A DNA stretch of 64,000 nucleotides from Tubulanus polymorphus (lineage: Eukaryota; Animalia; Nemertea), in NCBI RefSeq assembly GCF_964204645.1, contig NC_134032.1, positions 5,444,275 to 5,508,274 of the forward strand, given 5' to 3'. Position 1 is the stretch's first letter, and the number at the start of each line of letters is the position of its first letter. This document shows, piece after piece, positions 46,974 through 58,615 of this stretch. Made by a program: the position numbers and the translations under genes. Below the pieces are notes generated by a model, which did not search any database, was not told the origin of the DNA, and saw only the letters and a list, made by a program, of their open reading frames with translations.

Positions 46974-48404
46974 TTACTTGATATTTTTTGATATCATATT
47001 CACTAACCCAAAAATAATAGCACTTACAACTGTGATTAAAAATAAAATAATATGTTCAGCAGCAAAGTTAATAATGTTTCCTGCAGATTTCAATATAAAA
47101 CCAACAATTGAAGCAATAACTCCTGGTAAAGCTGCAGCAGATTTTTTAGATAGTTCCCATAAATATTTTGCTAATTTCTTTAAACCATCTTTAACTTTAT
47201 CTTGTATAGAATTATTTCCTGGAGGTTTATCTGGTTTATTTGGAGTAGGAGTAGATTTTAAAGCATTTGATATTGCTAAACCAATTGTTGTAAATAACAT
47301 AGTAACAGCTGTTAGAATTGAAAGAATTGTTATTCCTTCTAATTTAAATAATAACTTTATTCTATCTTTTAATGATATTTCAGAATTTGGTTTAATCAAC
47401 AAATCTTTAAAAATAACTTTTAATCTATTAATATTATAATCATATGATTTTAACAATAATTTAATTTCTTCTTTCTGTACTTCTAAATTATCTTTTAGAT
47501 TACTAATTTCTTTTTCTAAACGTAATTCTTTTTGCTTATATTCTATTTCATCAATTACTTGATGATCTAAATCAGACTTTAATTTTTCTATTTCTTTATT
47601 TTTATCAGTTAATTCTTTTTCTAAAGTTCTAATTTTTTGATCTCTTATACTTTTATTATGTGCAATTTTATCAGCTTCATTTCTTATACTAATAATTTCT
47701 CTAATTGCTTTATCAGAAAATATATCTAAATCTTCTAATTCTTGATCTGTTGCATCAAGTAATCCATTTGGTAAAAGTTTTTCAGTTTGAACTTTATTTG
47801 ATTTAAGTTTACTAGTTTTGGAAGTTATATTCTGTTCAGAAGTTGTTTCTGTTTCTAAATTATTATTGATTATCTTAAAAAATTTAGCATTTCTTTGTTT
47901 AAATTCTTTTATATTATCAGATCTTTCTTTTTCTGTAACATCAATTATAGCATCATTTTTGATTTTCTTAATTCTAGATTGTTCTAATAAATTAAAAGTT
48001 GATTTTGTTATTATTTTATCACCACTTTTAAGATTTGAAATCTTAAAATAATAGTCGCCTTTCAATTTCCAATAATATTCACCATTTAAAAATTTTAAAT
48101 TTTTTACTAAATGATCCATACCTTTATTTGTTATATTGAATCCAGATTTTTCTAATATTGGTTTAAATTCATGAATAATTTCATTATATTTTAATTCTTT
48201 TTCTGTTAATTCTGGTACTTCATTTTCAATACTTATCTTTGAACGTGTTTTATCAATATATTGAGGTGTAGTTAAATTAGAATTATATGCTGTTTCATTA
48301 CCATCATTAAAACTTGTTTCATCAAAATCAGGTGGTTGTTCATCAGTTATACCAGGTTCATCAAAAGGATCCATTCCAATATCTTCTACACCTTCTACTT
48401 CCAT
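46974..48404 (-). CDS. Coiled-coil protein with C-terminal hydrophobic/TM helices
   Basis: Charged heptad region followed by ITILSILTAVTMLFTTIGLAI and IILFLITVVSAIIFGLV. Confidence 0.8.
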   Translation of the reverse strand: MEVEGVEDIGMDPFDEPGITDEQPPDFDETSFNDGNETAYNSNLTTPQYIDKTRSKISIENEVPELTEKELKYNEIIHEFKPILEKSGFNITNKGMDHLVKNLKFLNGEYYWKLKGDYYFKISNLKSGDKIITKSTFNLLEQSRIKKIKNDAIIDVTEKERSDNIKEFKQRNAKFFKIINNNLETETTSEQNITSKTSKLKSNKVQTEKLLPNGLLDATDQELEDLDIFSDKAIREIISIRNEADKIAHNKSIRDQKIRTLEKELTDKNKEIEKLKSDLDHQVIDEIEYKQKELRLEKEISNLKDNLEVQKEEIKLLLKSYDYNINRLKVIFKDLLIKPNSEISLKDRIKLLFKLEGITILSILTAVTMLFTTIGLAISNALKSTPTPNKPDKPPGNNSIQDKVKDGLKKLAKYLWELSKKSAAALPGVIASIVGFILKSAGNIINFAAEHIILFLITVVSAIIFGLVNMISKNIK

Positions 48405-48420
48405 TTACATAATAAAAAAA

Positions 48421-49809
48421 TTAAAATTTAAAATATAATATTCCTCCGATTACAATTCCTATACAAGTTATAGCTAATTTAGTATTTTCATGGGATTTAT
48501 TATCATCATTTAGTTTAATTATATCATGTTGAATTTTATCAGTTCTATTATTTTCTGTAGTATTGTAATCTTTTATTTTAGAATCATTATCCAATTTAAT
48601 ATTTTTAGTTTTAGTTTCAGTTGATTGAATATGTTTTTTATTTTTTTCACCTTCCATTAATTTTGGAGCAGTAATAATCTTTTTATTTATATCATTCAAT
48701 CCAAATGAATTATTTATTGTTGCAGTTTTAATTAGATTTTTATAACCAATTATGTTTCCCATCTTTAATACTAAATCATTAGAAATAATTAATAGATTAG
48801 GGCCTATACAATAATTTAGTCTTACATGAGATTTATCTAAATAATTTTGATATCTTATAATGTTTTCTGGAATCGATCTATTTTTATCATTATGAATTGA
48901 ATCTTCAAATAAAACTTTAAACTGTTTTTGTGTATCGAATGATGTATTCAAATTTCCAATTATCGGTGATCTTGTTTCAACTTGTGATCCTAGAATACAA
49001 ATCAAATAAGTTCTAATAGATTGATTTATTCTTTCTATACCTGATTTAGTAAAACCTTCACTATTTTCTAAAATAAAATAAACCCAACCATTATTGTTTT
49101 CTTGTTTTAGATTATCATAAAATTTCGGTAATTTATTGAAATTTAATGTTTCTAAATCCTTTGTTTCTATTTTACCATAACCTAATTTTTTATTATAGAT
49201 ATTATAAAAACTATTAGATGGTATGGGAAGTGCACAATATTCTGCAATCTTTCTAGGGCAAGGAAGTGATCTTATTGTTCCTATTTTTATTCTAAAATCA
49301 GAATTATTTATATCTATATTAAATTCATTGCAAATTTTATAAAACTTAGATAAATTAATATTATTATCCAATTCTTTGAAATACCTAGATCCTGGTAAAG
49401 CGCACTCTAATTCATTTAATATTATTCTGATTTGAAAGTATGTATGAAATCTAAATAAACTTTGAATTAGTTTATATTTAGAATTATTTAAATGATCATT
49501 CCAACTAATTCCACATCCTGTTGTTGCACAATAAACAGCAAAATTTAATTGATTCTGCCAATACTTCATATTAGATTTTAATAACCATTGTTTTTCATCT
49601 TTCAATTTTTTAAAATTAATTAAATATACATGAAATATATTTTCCATCTTTGCATTAAAATTATTAGTTTCAGTAACATAAATTTCTAAATTAGTTAATG
49701 AATCTAAAACTTCATTTCTATATGTAATATCTTTATTAAAATCTATTGCAGGAATATTATATTTAATTGATTTATTATATTGGAAAGCTTTTGGAAAACT
49801 ATCTACCAT
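48421..49809 (-). CDS. Conserved 462-aa protein with a C-terminal TM anchor, function unknown
   Basis: WQNQLNFAVYCATTGCGIS; tail LAITCIGIVIGGILYF. Confidence 0.8.
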   Translation of the reverse strand: MVDSFPKAFQYNKSIKYNIPAIDFNKDITYRNEVLDSLTNLEIYVTETNNFNAKMENIFHVYLINFKKLKDEKQWLLKSNMKYWQNQLNFAVYCATTGCGISWNDHLNNSKYKLIQSLFRFHTYFQIRIILNELECALPGSRYFKELDNNINLSKFYKICNEFNIDINNSDFRIKIGTIRSLPCPRKIAEYCALPIPSNSFYNIYNKKLGYGKIETKDLETLNFNKLPKFYDNLKQENNNGWVYFILENSEGFTKSGIERINQSIRTYLICILGSQVETRSPIIGNLNTSFDTQKQFKVLFEDSIHNDKNRSIPENIIRYQNYLDKSHVRLNYCIGPNLLIISNDLVLKMGNIIGYKNLIKTATINNSFGLNDINKKIITAPKLMEGEKNKKHIQSTETKTKNIKLDNDSKIKDYNTTENNRTDKIQHDIIKLNDDNKSHENTKLAITCIGIVIGGILYFKF

Positions 49810-49826
49810 TTATATAATTAAAAAAA

Positions 49827-50261
49827 TTAATAATTTATTAATTCTTTTAATAATTTATCTTGTTCTTCAACTGTTATATGACCATTTAAACTTATTATAT
49901 AATCTAGTGTGTTCTTTAATTTATTTATTTCTTTTATATTAGTTTTAATTTTTTCTTTATTACTTTTTATATTTAATTTTGAACTTATACCAGTTAAAAC
50001 ACTTGAACTTAATCCTAATACACCAATTGATATAGCTAAAGGTGTTAATGGACTGAATATTGCTAGAAATGTTATTACAGAACTAATTGTAACCGAACCA
50101 CTTATAATCATATAATATATAATTTTACTTTTTAAATATTTTTTCTTTTTTATCTTTAAGTCACTTACAAATTCTAATATTTGTTTTTCTAAATATGTTT
50201 TTAATTTAGTTTTATTTATATCATGAGGAATAATATCAATACTATCAACTTTATCTTCCAT
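49827..50261 (-). CDS. Two-TM protein
   Basis: IIYYMIISGSVTISSVITFLAIFSPLTPLAISIGVLGLSSSVL. Confidence 0.78.
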   Translation of the reverse strand: MEDKVDSIDIIPHDINKTKLKTYLEKQILEFVSDLKIKKKKYLKSKIIYYMIISGSVTISSVITFLAIFSPLTPLAISIGVLGLSSSVLTGISSKLNIKSNKEKIKTNIKEINKLKNTLDYIISLNGHITVEEQDKLLKELINY

Positions 50262-50282
50262 TTATTTAGCAAAAAAAAATTA

Positions 50283-50705
50283 CTAATTAGTAAACTTATA
50301 AGCAACAAATATAACAATAACTGTTCCACCTAAAATCCAAATTATTTCATATTTCTGTTGTTCTTTACTTGGGGTATAATAATCTGATAATTTAGGTTTG
50401 TATAGATGTAATTTTTCTTTATTTGTTACTGCGTTATATAAACTCATTGCATCATCAACTGATTTAAAATCTCTGTGTGAAATCTTCTGATCATATAATT
50501 CTTTGTTAATATAATCCATATAGTTTTGCCTCTTTTCTCTATATTCTTCTGCAGCTTTATTGTATTTCTCTAACGCTAAGTTATGTCTTCTTTGTTCTCC
50601 TAATGAACTATTTTTATCAATATGTTTAAATAAATAACCACCACCAGTAAATGCTAAAGCGTTAACAATTGCCGATCCTATAATAGTTATAATTGCAGAA
50701 GCCAT
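50283..50705 (-). CDS. Membrane protein with hydrophobic N- and C-termini
   Basis: MASAIITIIGSAIVNALAFTGGGYLF; IIWILGGTVIVIFVAY. Confidence 0.78.
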   Translation of the reverse strand: MASAIITIIGSAIVNALAFTGGGYLFKHIDKNSSLGEQRRHNLALEKYNKAAEEYREKRQNYMDYINKELYDQKISHRDFKSVDDAMSLYNAVTNKEKLHLYKPKLSDYYTPSKEQQKYEIIWILGGTVIVIFVAYKFTN

Positions 50706-50730
50706 TTATTTAGCAAAAAAAATTATGTAT

Positions 50731-50952
50731 TTATATGGGAGGAATATATTTTTGTTTTTCCAAATAATCAATTGTTAAATTAGATAAAGTAACCGCTAAT
50801 GTTAATTTTAAAATATCATTTATATCAAATCTATCAACATTAACACTTCCCATTTTGAATACTTTTTTTAATACCATTGAATAACCAACCGTTCCAACTG
50901 ATAGTCATGCGCCATTATATAATCCAGTTATTATCCACTTATTATCACTCAT
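50731..50952 (-). pseudogene. Small hydrophobic protein with an internal TGA; intact homolog at 16458-16679
   Basis: gcatgacta here versus gcattacta in copy F. Confidence 0.7.
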
Positions 50953-50955
50953 TTA

Positions 50956-51294
50956 TTAATCAAAAAAATTACTATCTTCAAAATATTTAGTTAACTTATT
51001 TATGATTAATTCAACATTTATTTTATTACTAGTTTTATGATTATCATATATTTTGGATAATATGTTTTTGATATCATCAATAATTCCATCTTCATTTAAT
51101 TCATAATATTCTAAAGGTGATTTAATTAAATCAATTACTTTTTCTATATTATAGTTTTCTTTATCAATCATTGATGCATTGTTAAATGATTTACTTTTTA
51201 TATCAGTAATTACATCATTTAGTTTAATTCTCATTTGTTTACCATGTTTAAAATCAAACCCAAAACATATACTCGGTCCAACAGTTATATTCAT
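50956..51294 (-). CDS. Hypothetical protein
   Basis: ORF with a TAAATG start; a degenerate homolog lies near 16180-16455. Confidence 0.65.
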   Translation of the reverse strand: MNITVGPSICFGFDFKHGKQMRIKLNDVITDIKSKSFNNASMIDKENYNIEKVIDLIKSPLEYYELNEDGIIDDIKNILSKIYDNHKTSNKINVELIINKLTKYFEDSNFFD

Positions 51295-52070
51295 TTATAT
51301 ATCAAAAAAATTACTCTACATCTTATAACTAATTCATATATCACAGGAAAGTTATTTAAATCAATTAAGTATCCATTATGATTTCTAATTTCTAATCTAA
51401 AATTATTAAAACGAGGAATGCATGGTTTGAAATCACATTCTGTTAAATTATAATTTATTTGCGTTCCAAATTCTTTAACATTCTTCAATGGTAAAATGTT
51501 TAGTAAACCAGAATTACAAGTTATATCTTTAGTTGCTTCGAATGTTTTTGTAGGATCGATTAAATTGCAATAAATATAAAAATGTGTGTAAGGTATTAAG
51601 TTTGGTGTAGTAGCGTCAATATTTGTAAAAGATCTATCTGGAATAATTCCTAACAGTTTAGCTATAGGTTTTTTTACCATAAATTTATGTTTTTCACTAT
51701 TAGACAACCTTATCTTTATTCTATCAGAACTCTCATTTTTTTAAAATCTAATACTAAACCCAGAACTACTACCTAATTTGTGCCAAGCTTTTCTATTAAT
51801 TTCTTGTGCTAATGTATCTAAATTATATAACCCCGGTTTTAAATATATATAGACCCATTTATTTTTATTTTTATTAAAAACTAAAAAGGCTCTATGTTCA
51901 ATAGTTTTATTCGATATATTGTAAAAAGAATTACATAAACTTATATTTACTAATTTTAAATCAACACAATTCTTGGATTCTCTATCTAATTGTACTAATA
52001 AATTATGTGATTTATAATTTGTAAGTTTTCTAGAATCAACAAATATTCTGTATTCTTTTAATTCCGCCAT
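51291..52070 (-). pseudogene. Minor capsid (penton-like, single jelly-roll) protein, frameshifted near 51740
   Basis: IFVDSR...NSFYNIS...PGLYN...KLLG...YIYCNLI...LLNILP...EIRNHNGYLIDLN matches the mCP pattern. Confidence 0.75.
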
Positions 52071-52087
52071 TTATTTTACATATTTTC

Positions 52088-52429
52088 TTATTCGAAATCT
52101 ATTTCATGGTGCCCTTTTTCATTCTTACCTTTGTATACGAAATAGAAATCTCCAGAACATAATTCTTCTAGATCTTCACTTGATAATCTATGAAATCTAT
52201 CTGGTAAATAAGTTCTGAATTTATATGTATTTCCTTTTAATCCTTCATATTCTAAATGAATTACTAATTTATCTCCATATTTATTAGTAATTGTTTCAAT
52301 GTTAGTAATTAAATATTTCTTGTGAATTGTTAACTCAGTTAGTTTTTTAAATTTATAATCTACAGATTTGACGCTTGAAGTATCTTTAATTCTATCTAAG
52401 AATTCACTGTGTACTTGTTTACTCTCCAT
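52088..52429 (-). CDS. Small protein next to pPolB, possibly an OB-fold ssDNA-binding protein
   Basis: TNKYG...LVIHL...TYLP.RF...FVYKG beta-rich pattern; the fold assignment is an inference. Confidence 0.5.
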   Translation of the reverse strand: MESKQVHSEFLDRIKDTSSVKSVDYKFKKLTELTIHKKYLITNIETITNKYGDKLVIHLEYEGLKGNTYKFRTYLPDRFHRLSSEDLEELCSGDFYFVYKGKNEKGHHEIDFE

Positions 52430-52457
52430 TTATTATACAAATTTTTATTGAAATTGA

Positions 52458-55400
52458 TTAACACGTTAGAATCCTTTTCATAATCTCATTTTCTTTTGTT
52501 TCTTCTCTTTTGAATTTTATATATTCATCTAAATTGCAACCATAGGCGACTGTGTGGATTCCATCATCTAAAATATATCTTTTATCATCAAATGGATTCA
52601 AACTTATCTTCTCTATCTCTTCAATATACATTTCATGATCTTCAGATCTTAAACATTTCATCTTATGTTTTCTAACTTCTTCATTAAATATACAATTGAT
52701 GTAATCTTTAAAATGAATATTCTTTTCAACAACGCTTTTGGTAATTCCTTTTAACTTTTTAGCTTCATGAGTTTTGGTTTTATATGAATACATTTTAGAT
52801 CTAATACCAATGAACTCTATCATTTCTTCACCACCTAATTCATCTTTGAATTTACCGGGAACTTTTTTATTATCATTGCTAAACAATTCATGATCTTTAG
52901 GATAGTTACTAAAATCAAAATGATGTTTTAATGTTTTTAAATCATCAGTTATGTTATCAGTTTTTATCTTTAATATATAACTGTCAGTATCAAAGTATAG
53001 AATTTCTATGTGTTTTTCTCCAAAATGAGGTTGTAGTATATTATAGTAAAATTTATACATTAGGAATTTTGATAATTCTAAAACTGCAGCTCCAACATAA
53101 ATCGGTTTGTTAAATTTCATACTTGTTCTTCTCATTTTAACTGCAGCTAAATTTTCATCAAATATTCTGTTACCTATAAACTTAGGATATGATTGTAAAT
53201 GCCTTATCCTTTTACCATTACTAACTAAATCAATATCATTTCTATTTCTAATATTTTCACAAGTTTTTCCATAGAATACATTATTCATTAACTTAAAAAA
53301 ATCTTTTTCAAAATCAGTTTTAGATTTAGTTCTCTGTGTAGTATTAAAATCTATATATTTTTCTAACCATTTAGATTGACTGAATGAAATATATCTATGT
53401 ACTTTTTTTAATATCATTCCTTGATTCAAATAAAACTTCAACATTCTATAATGCACAACGTAATTATATTTATCTTCTTGAGTTACCATTAACTTTTCTG
53501 TATGAATATGATTATCGGGTTTAATTCTTTTTTGATAATTTGATAATTCTTCATGTTTAACAGTTTTATGTTCGGGACAATATGCTAGATTTCTAGATTT
53601 GAATTTAATATTTTCAGGGTATTCTAAATCTACAACGAAGAAGTAACCAATATCTGAATCATCTGCAATATCTAGGATTCTTTTCTTCCAATCAAATTTA
53701 TCAATTTGTAAAACTTCAGTTATTTCAAACATCCCATAAGGTTGTGGTTCCATCATTGCCCAACCATAAAGATTATTTGCATCTATGTACAATAATTTAT
53801 ATCCAGGATTATCATTTACATTGAAATATCTATCACCTAATACACCTGAAACACCTCCTCTTATAGATTTTTCAAATAATAGTAATTGATCTATATTTGT
53901 TAACAAATCCATTTTTATATCTGTAAATTTTAATCCACAATCCCATGTTAATCCTGGTGATGAATAACAATGACATGGATCAATGTTAAAATATTTTAGG
54001 TTTACATCTCTAAACCTTTCGAATATATCGGTTAATAATAATACATCTGATTTTAAATATAAATCTACTAATTGACCATGATTTTCTATTTTGAAATGAT
54101 TCCAAATATTCAATGTTCTATTGTAGACTTCATCTTTAACATATTCATTTTTTAATTCATCATAAAATTGTTCTTTTAATAATTCAGTTATTTTAAAATC
54201 ATTATGATTTTTATAGAAAGAATATGGAATCGCTCCTTTATATCTCATTAATTGGAAATCATCATTATTTGGGTAATATTCTTTTAATATCTTTAATTCA
54301 TCATCAACTAATGATTTTGATAAGTTATCTAATGAACTATTTAAAAATCTATATGAATCTATAAATCTTAGACAACCAAATTGGAATGATATATAATTCT
54401 CAGATGTTTTAGCTAACATTCTAAATTTATAAGTTGGTATTTTATCTTTTGATCTATTTGAATTTAATATTTCTATTTCATTATTGATTTCTTCTATTTT
54501 ATGACATAACTGTTTGATAAATAAATGCGCGTCATACCCCGATAAATTGTGAAATATAATGGGGACAAAATTGATTTTCTTTGCTTGCAAATTACAATTC
54601 TCATGCGCAGCGCCTCTAAACTTTCCATTCAAATGATCATGGTCTCTTACTTTTTTATCTTTATAATTAAATATCTTTTCACAATAATAACATTTATCTG
54701 CAAACGCAAATTCTTCTTTATTTTCTTCTGTCATAATTATTTCTTTATTTGTATTCAATAATTTACTAAATCTTATTTCATATTCAATTAATAAGTCACA
54801 AAAATGATTGATAACATTTTCATTTCTATAATTATAATATTCACTTTCAATTAGTTCTGGATAATCAGATTTAATATATAACCCGAAAGCTGCAGCTGAT
54901 TGATGAATCTTTTTAATAGTATTTGTTTTTGGTGGTTCTTCTGAATAATCACTTTCATTAGAATTTAATTTCTTTCTTTTATAATATATTTCTTTTCTAT
55001 CTTTATCTGTTAATTCTTTATTTAATGATTCAAAATCTCCATATATTACAAATGGTACTTTATTTTTGTAATCATATTTTTTGAATTCTAATATTTTATC
55101 TTTTTCATTTGGTAAAACTAATTTACAATAATCATGATTATCACATAGTTGTTTATGATTTAATAATGTACTTTCATTACTAAATTTATGTAAACATTTT
55201 CTACATAGATATATTTTATTATGGTGATCACTTTCTGTTCTAAAAAATAAATCTATTTGTTTAATCCACATATAATGATTCTCATAATATAGTATATCTA
55301 TAACATCGTTTGAATCATAATCTTTTGATAGATATAAAGGTTCTAATGTATAATGTTTTATGTTGTTACCTTTTGTATTTGGTAATTTGATTAAATCAAA

Positions 55401-56492
55401 TACATTTATCTTTATATTATTATCTCTTTCTATTTTTGGAATATTTTTAATTCTAACAGGATACTTATCTATCTTATAATTATTTTCAAATGGTTTATAA
55501 TGAGTTAATCTAAAACTATGTTGTTTATAATCTTCAACTGGGTGTGAGCAACTTATAATTGTCCATAGAAAACATTTATCATCTTCATTTTGTACATTTA
55601 TTACAGCATTAGTTTTAAATGGTAGTTTAATATAACTTGATGCTTCAATATCTGGTTCTTTCTAATATGATAAATTATTTTCATCAATTGGTTTTGATTT
55701 AGTTAACTTATTATATTTTGTGTTATAAACATGTAAAGTTATAAATATTATCTCATCAAATATTAAACCAGATCCTTCAAAATATTTCTCTTCTATTTTA
55801 GTTTTTATTTCATTATAACATTTATTTAATTTATCATCTATATGTTGTTTAGATATAATATGTTGTGAATGAGAATTTATATTATATATTGGTTTATCTT
55901 CAGATTTTATAAACTTTACTTTAACTGATATACTTATTTTAGGATATTCAACATCTGTAATTATTTTTATTATTTATTTCATATTTTCTAAATGTTTTTT
56001 ATTTTCTTCTATTGTTTTTCCTTTATGAAATTTAAACTCGATAGCTGCTGGACCAATATCACTTTTAAATGCTTCGGTTATCTCTATATCTTTTTTATTA
56101 TCTAATGAATTAATATAATTTCTTACATCTTCCATACATGGTCTTTTATTGTTTAATTTATTTTTTATTCTTTTAATTGTCTTCTGTTTCTTATCGTTAT
56201 CATTATCAAAATAATCTTCACCTAAAATATCATTATTCTTATTTCTAATATGACTTATAGATTTTAAATGTTCTTTATAATATCTTTTATCACTGAATGA
56301 TTGATTACATATATCACATTTGTATGTTTCTTTTTCATTCCTTAATTCTTCTAATTTAGTTTCTAATATATCATCTTCATATTCTAGTTTCAATTTATTC
56401 TCTAAATGTGTTCTAGTTTTATTGTGTCTTGCTTTTTGGGATTTATCTATATCGATATTACATGTTGGGCAGTAGTATTTATTTGCTTCCAT
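52458..56492 (-). pseudogene. pPolB: Protein-primed DNA polymerase B with N-terminal zinc fingers/terminal-protein region and an endonuclease-VII-like Zn insert; disrupted between about 55975 and 55660
   Basis: Exonuclease motifs YGDFES, FHNLSGYD, YLKSD; polymerase motifs YIDANNLYG, KLMNNVFYGK, YFDTDS; CYYC...RDHDH...GAAH..CN. Confidence 0.95.
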
Positions 56493-56572
56493 TTTAATAC
56501 TAAATTTTTTATTAAAATTGATTTTAGAAGTTCAATGATTTAAATGTTATTCATTTATATGAATATTTTAAG

Positions 56573-56840
56573 AGTAATAGGGGTAATAGGCTTTCAAGCT
56601 AAAGGTTGAACGGGCGGGTGAGTAAAAAATGAAAAACATAAAAATAATAACAATTTCTACTTTAATTAGGAGTGAAACTCATAAAAATGAAAAATTAATT
56701 CGAGCGTGTGAGAATTAATTTTTCATTTTTATGAGTTTCGCGAGTAATTCAAGTAGAAATTGTAATTATTTTTATGTTTTTCATTTTTTACGAGCTCGAC
56801 CGTTCGACCTTTGGCTTGAAAGCCTATTACCCCTATTACT
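56573..56840. repeat. Right terminal palindrome (~268 bp)
   Basis: Same outer arms as the other ends; core gaaactcataaaaatgaaaaattaatt / aattaatttttcatttttatgagtttc. Confidence 0.92.
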
Positions 56841-58602
56841 GTTATCTCCGGTGCTCGGTTCGTTCTCTCCGTCGCACCTTCGCCATAATCAACACTTACT
56901 TGAACGTATTAAGAATATTATCCCTGGCAACGACAAATTTATATCATTTGATGTTACTTCCCTTTTTACCAATGTTCCTCTTGGACCTACTCTTGATTTC
57001 TTAAAACGCAGATTACCATCACTTAACATTAACTTCGGCATTCCTACGGATTGTATCATCGACCTTATCTCTATTTGCACGACGGACTCCTTTTTTGAAT
57101 TCAACAATTGTTTTTACGAACAGACATTCGGTATCGCTATGGGAAATCCTCTAAGTCCTATTCTAGCTAATTTATTCCTAGAAAATGTTGAATCTGAAAT
57201 ATTGCCTCTTTACACTGATATTCACCCTAAAATCTGGCTCAGATATGTTGACGATGTTCTGGCTTTGGTTCCCTTTGACTTCAATGTTGATAACTTTCTT
57301 ATATATTTAAACTCCCTTTACCCGTCTCTGGCTTTTACGTATGAATGGGAATCTAATAGTAAAATACCTTTTCTGGATGTGGATCCTTTTTGAAATTCGC
57401 GGTTTATAGGAAACCTACCAACGCTGAATCCTACCTCCATTACTTCTCTTTTACTTCTCCGGATATTAAACTCGGTTTAGCTCAAGGATTATTTCTTCGC
57501 GCTTTGAGAATTTGCGACCCCTCATTTCTACCCGATGAAATTCACCATATTAACCAATCTCTCAAAAACTTGCCTACCCCGATTTCCTATTGAAAAAAGC
57601 TCTACTTAAAGCTCGTACTACGCATTTTAGAAATAACAACCTTAGAACTCCTACGTTGGCTACCGATAAACAGCCTATCATTGTACCGTATGTACCTTTC
57701 CTCGAGAATTCTAAAGTTTCTCTTCGGTCACTAAATAAACAACTCATCTTTAAATACAATAATAAACTTAGTAACATATTGATTAACAACAAACCGAAAA
57801 CCGAATCCCTAAACTGTGGAATTTATAAAATACCTTGTAAAGTTTGCGACAAAGTATATATAGGAGAAACAGGACGGAATCTTAATCAACGCATAAAAGA
57901 GCATAAATTAGATGTAAAAAACTTTAAACCTGAAAGCGGAGTTGCTAGTCATGTTTTTCAGACTTCACACAATTTTGATTTTGCTAATGCTGAATTAGTT
58001 TACCCTTGCAGCGATAAAACTAGAAGACATATTTTGGAATCTGCATTAATTATTGAAAATTCGAACAACGTTGTAAACCTTAACAATGGTTTTTCCCCCC
58101 ATAATAAACTTATATCAAAATTTCTCTGTAAACTGGTTAAACTCAACACTTGATTTCCCCTTTGATTATTTGTTATTTGTTCTCTCATCAATTTCGTCTC
58201 TGACTTAACTTGTATTCACCTTTGTTTTAATTTAAGTGCCCCTTAGTTTGTCTTTCTTTTTACTACTGACTTTAAGTTTCATTTATATTTATACTCACTA
58301 TTGTTGTTTATAATCACCCCTTAGTTTGCTTCCCTTTAATCTATTTTAGCGTGTAACTGTTTCTACGTTAATTTTCCTTTAGTTTGTATCATCTCTGATT
58401 ACTTGAATTAGTCTCTTTGTCCCTGGATTGTATATATATCTCATAATTTCTGTAGTATCTCATTATTCCTGAAGATGACTATTAGGATATAGTCGAAACG
58501 TTGAATAAACTACTATCTCGAAGTTTCATTTTCGGACTTTTTATTATCATTGTGGGATTCTCTCCTCATCGCGTCAACACGGATATTGTGTTTTACCTAT
58601 CG
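56841..58602 (+). mobile_element. Penelope-like element, 3' half (frameshifted RT-EN + pLTR); continuation of 2226-3375
   Basis: Starts gttatctccggtgctcgg, exactly where the 5' half stops; near-identical to 3795-5539. Confidence 0.92.
58463..58508 (+). ncRNA. Hammerhead ribozyme (PLE pLTR)
   Basis: Identical to 5434-5479. Confidence 0.88.
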
Positions 58603-58615
58603 AGATATTGATAGG

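Larger units (their letters stand above)
38558..56840. mobile_element. Structurally complete Polinton/Maverick (adintovirus-like) element, ~18.3 kb, copy A; several genes inactivated
   Basis: AGT...ACT ends; TIRs of about 380-460 bp that include the MEANKYYC gene start; two convergent gene arms with INT, ATPase, MCP, mCP and pPolB. Confidence 0.96.

Noticed and set aside
46951-47439. Antisense ORFs such as 46951, 8947, 40323, 3843, 4545 and 24215
   Set aside because: They are shadows of real genes on the other strand, with no motifs or TAAATG starts.
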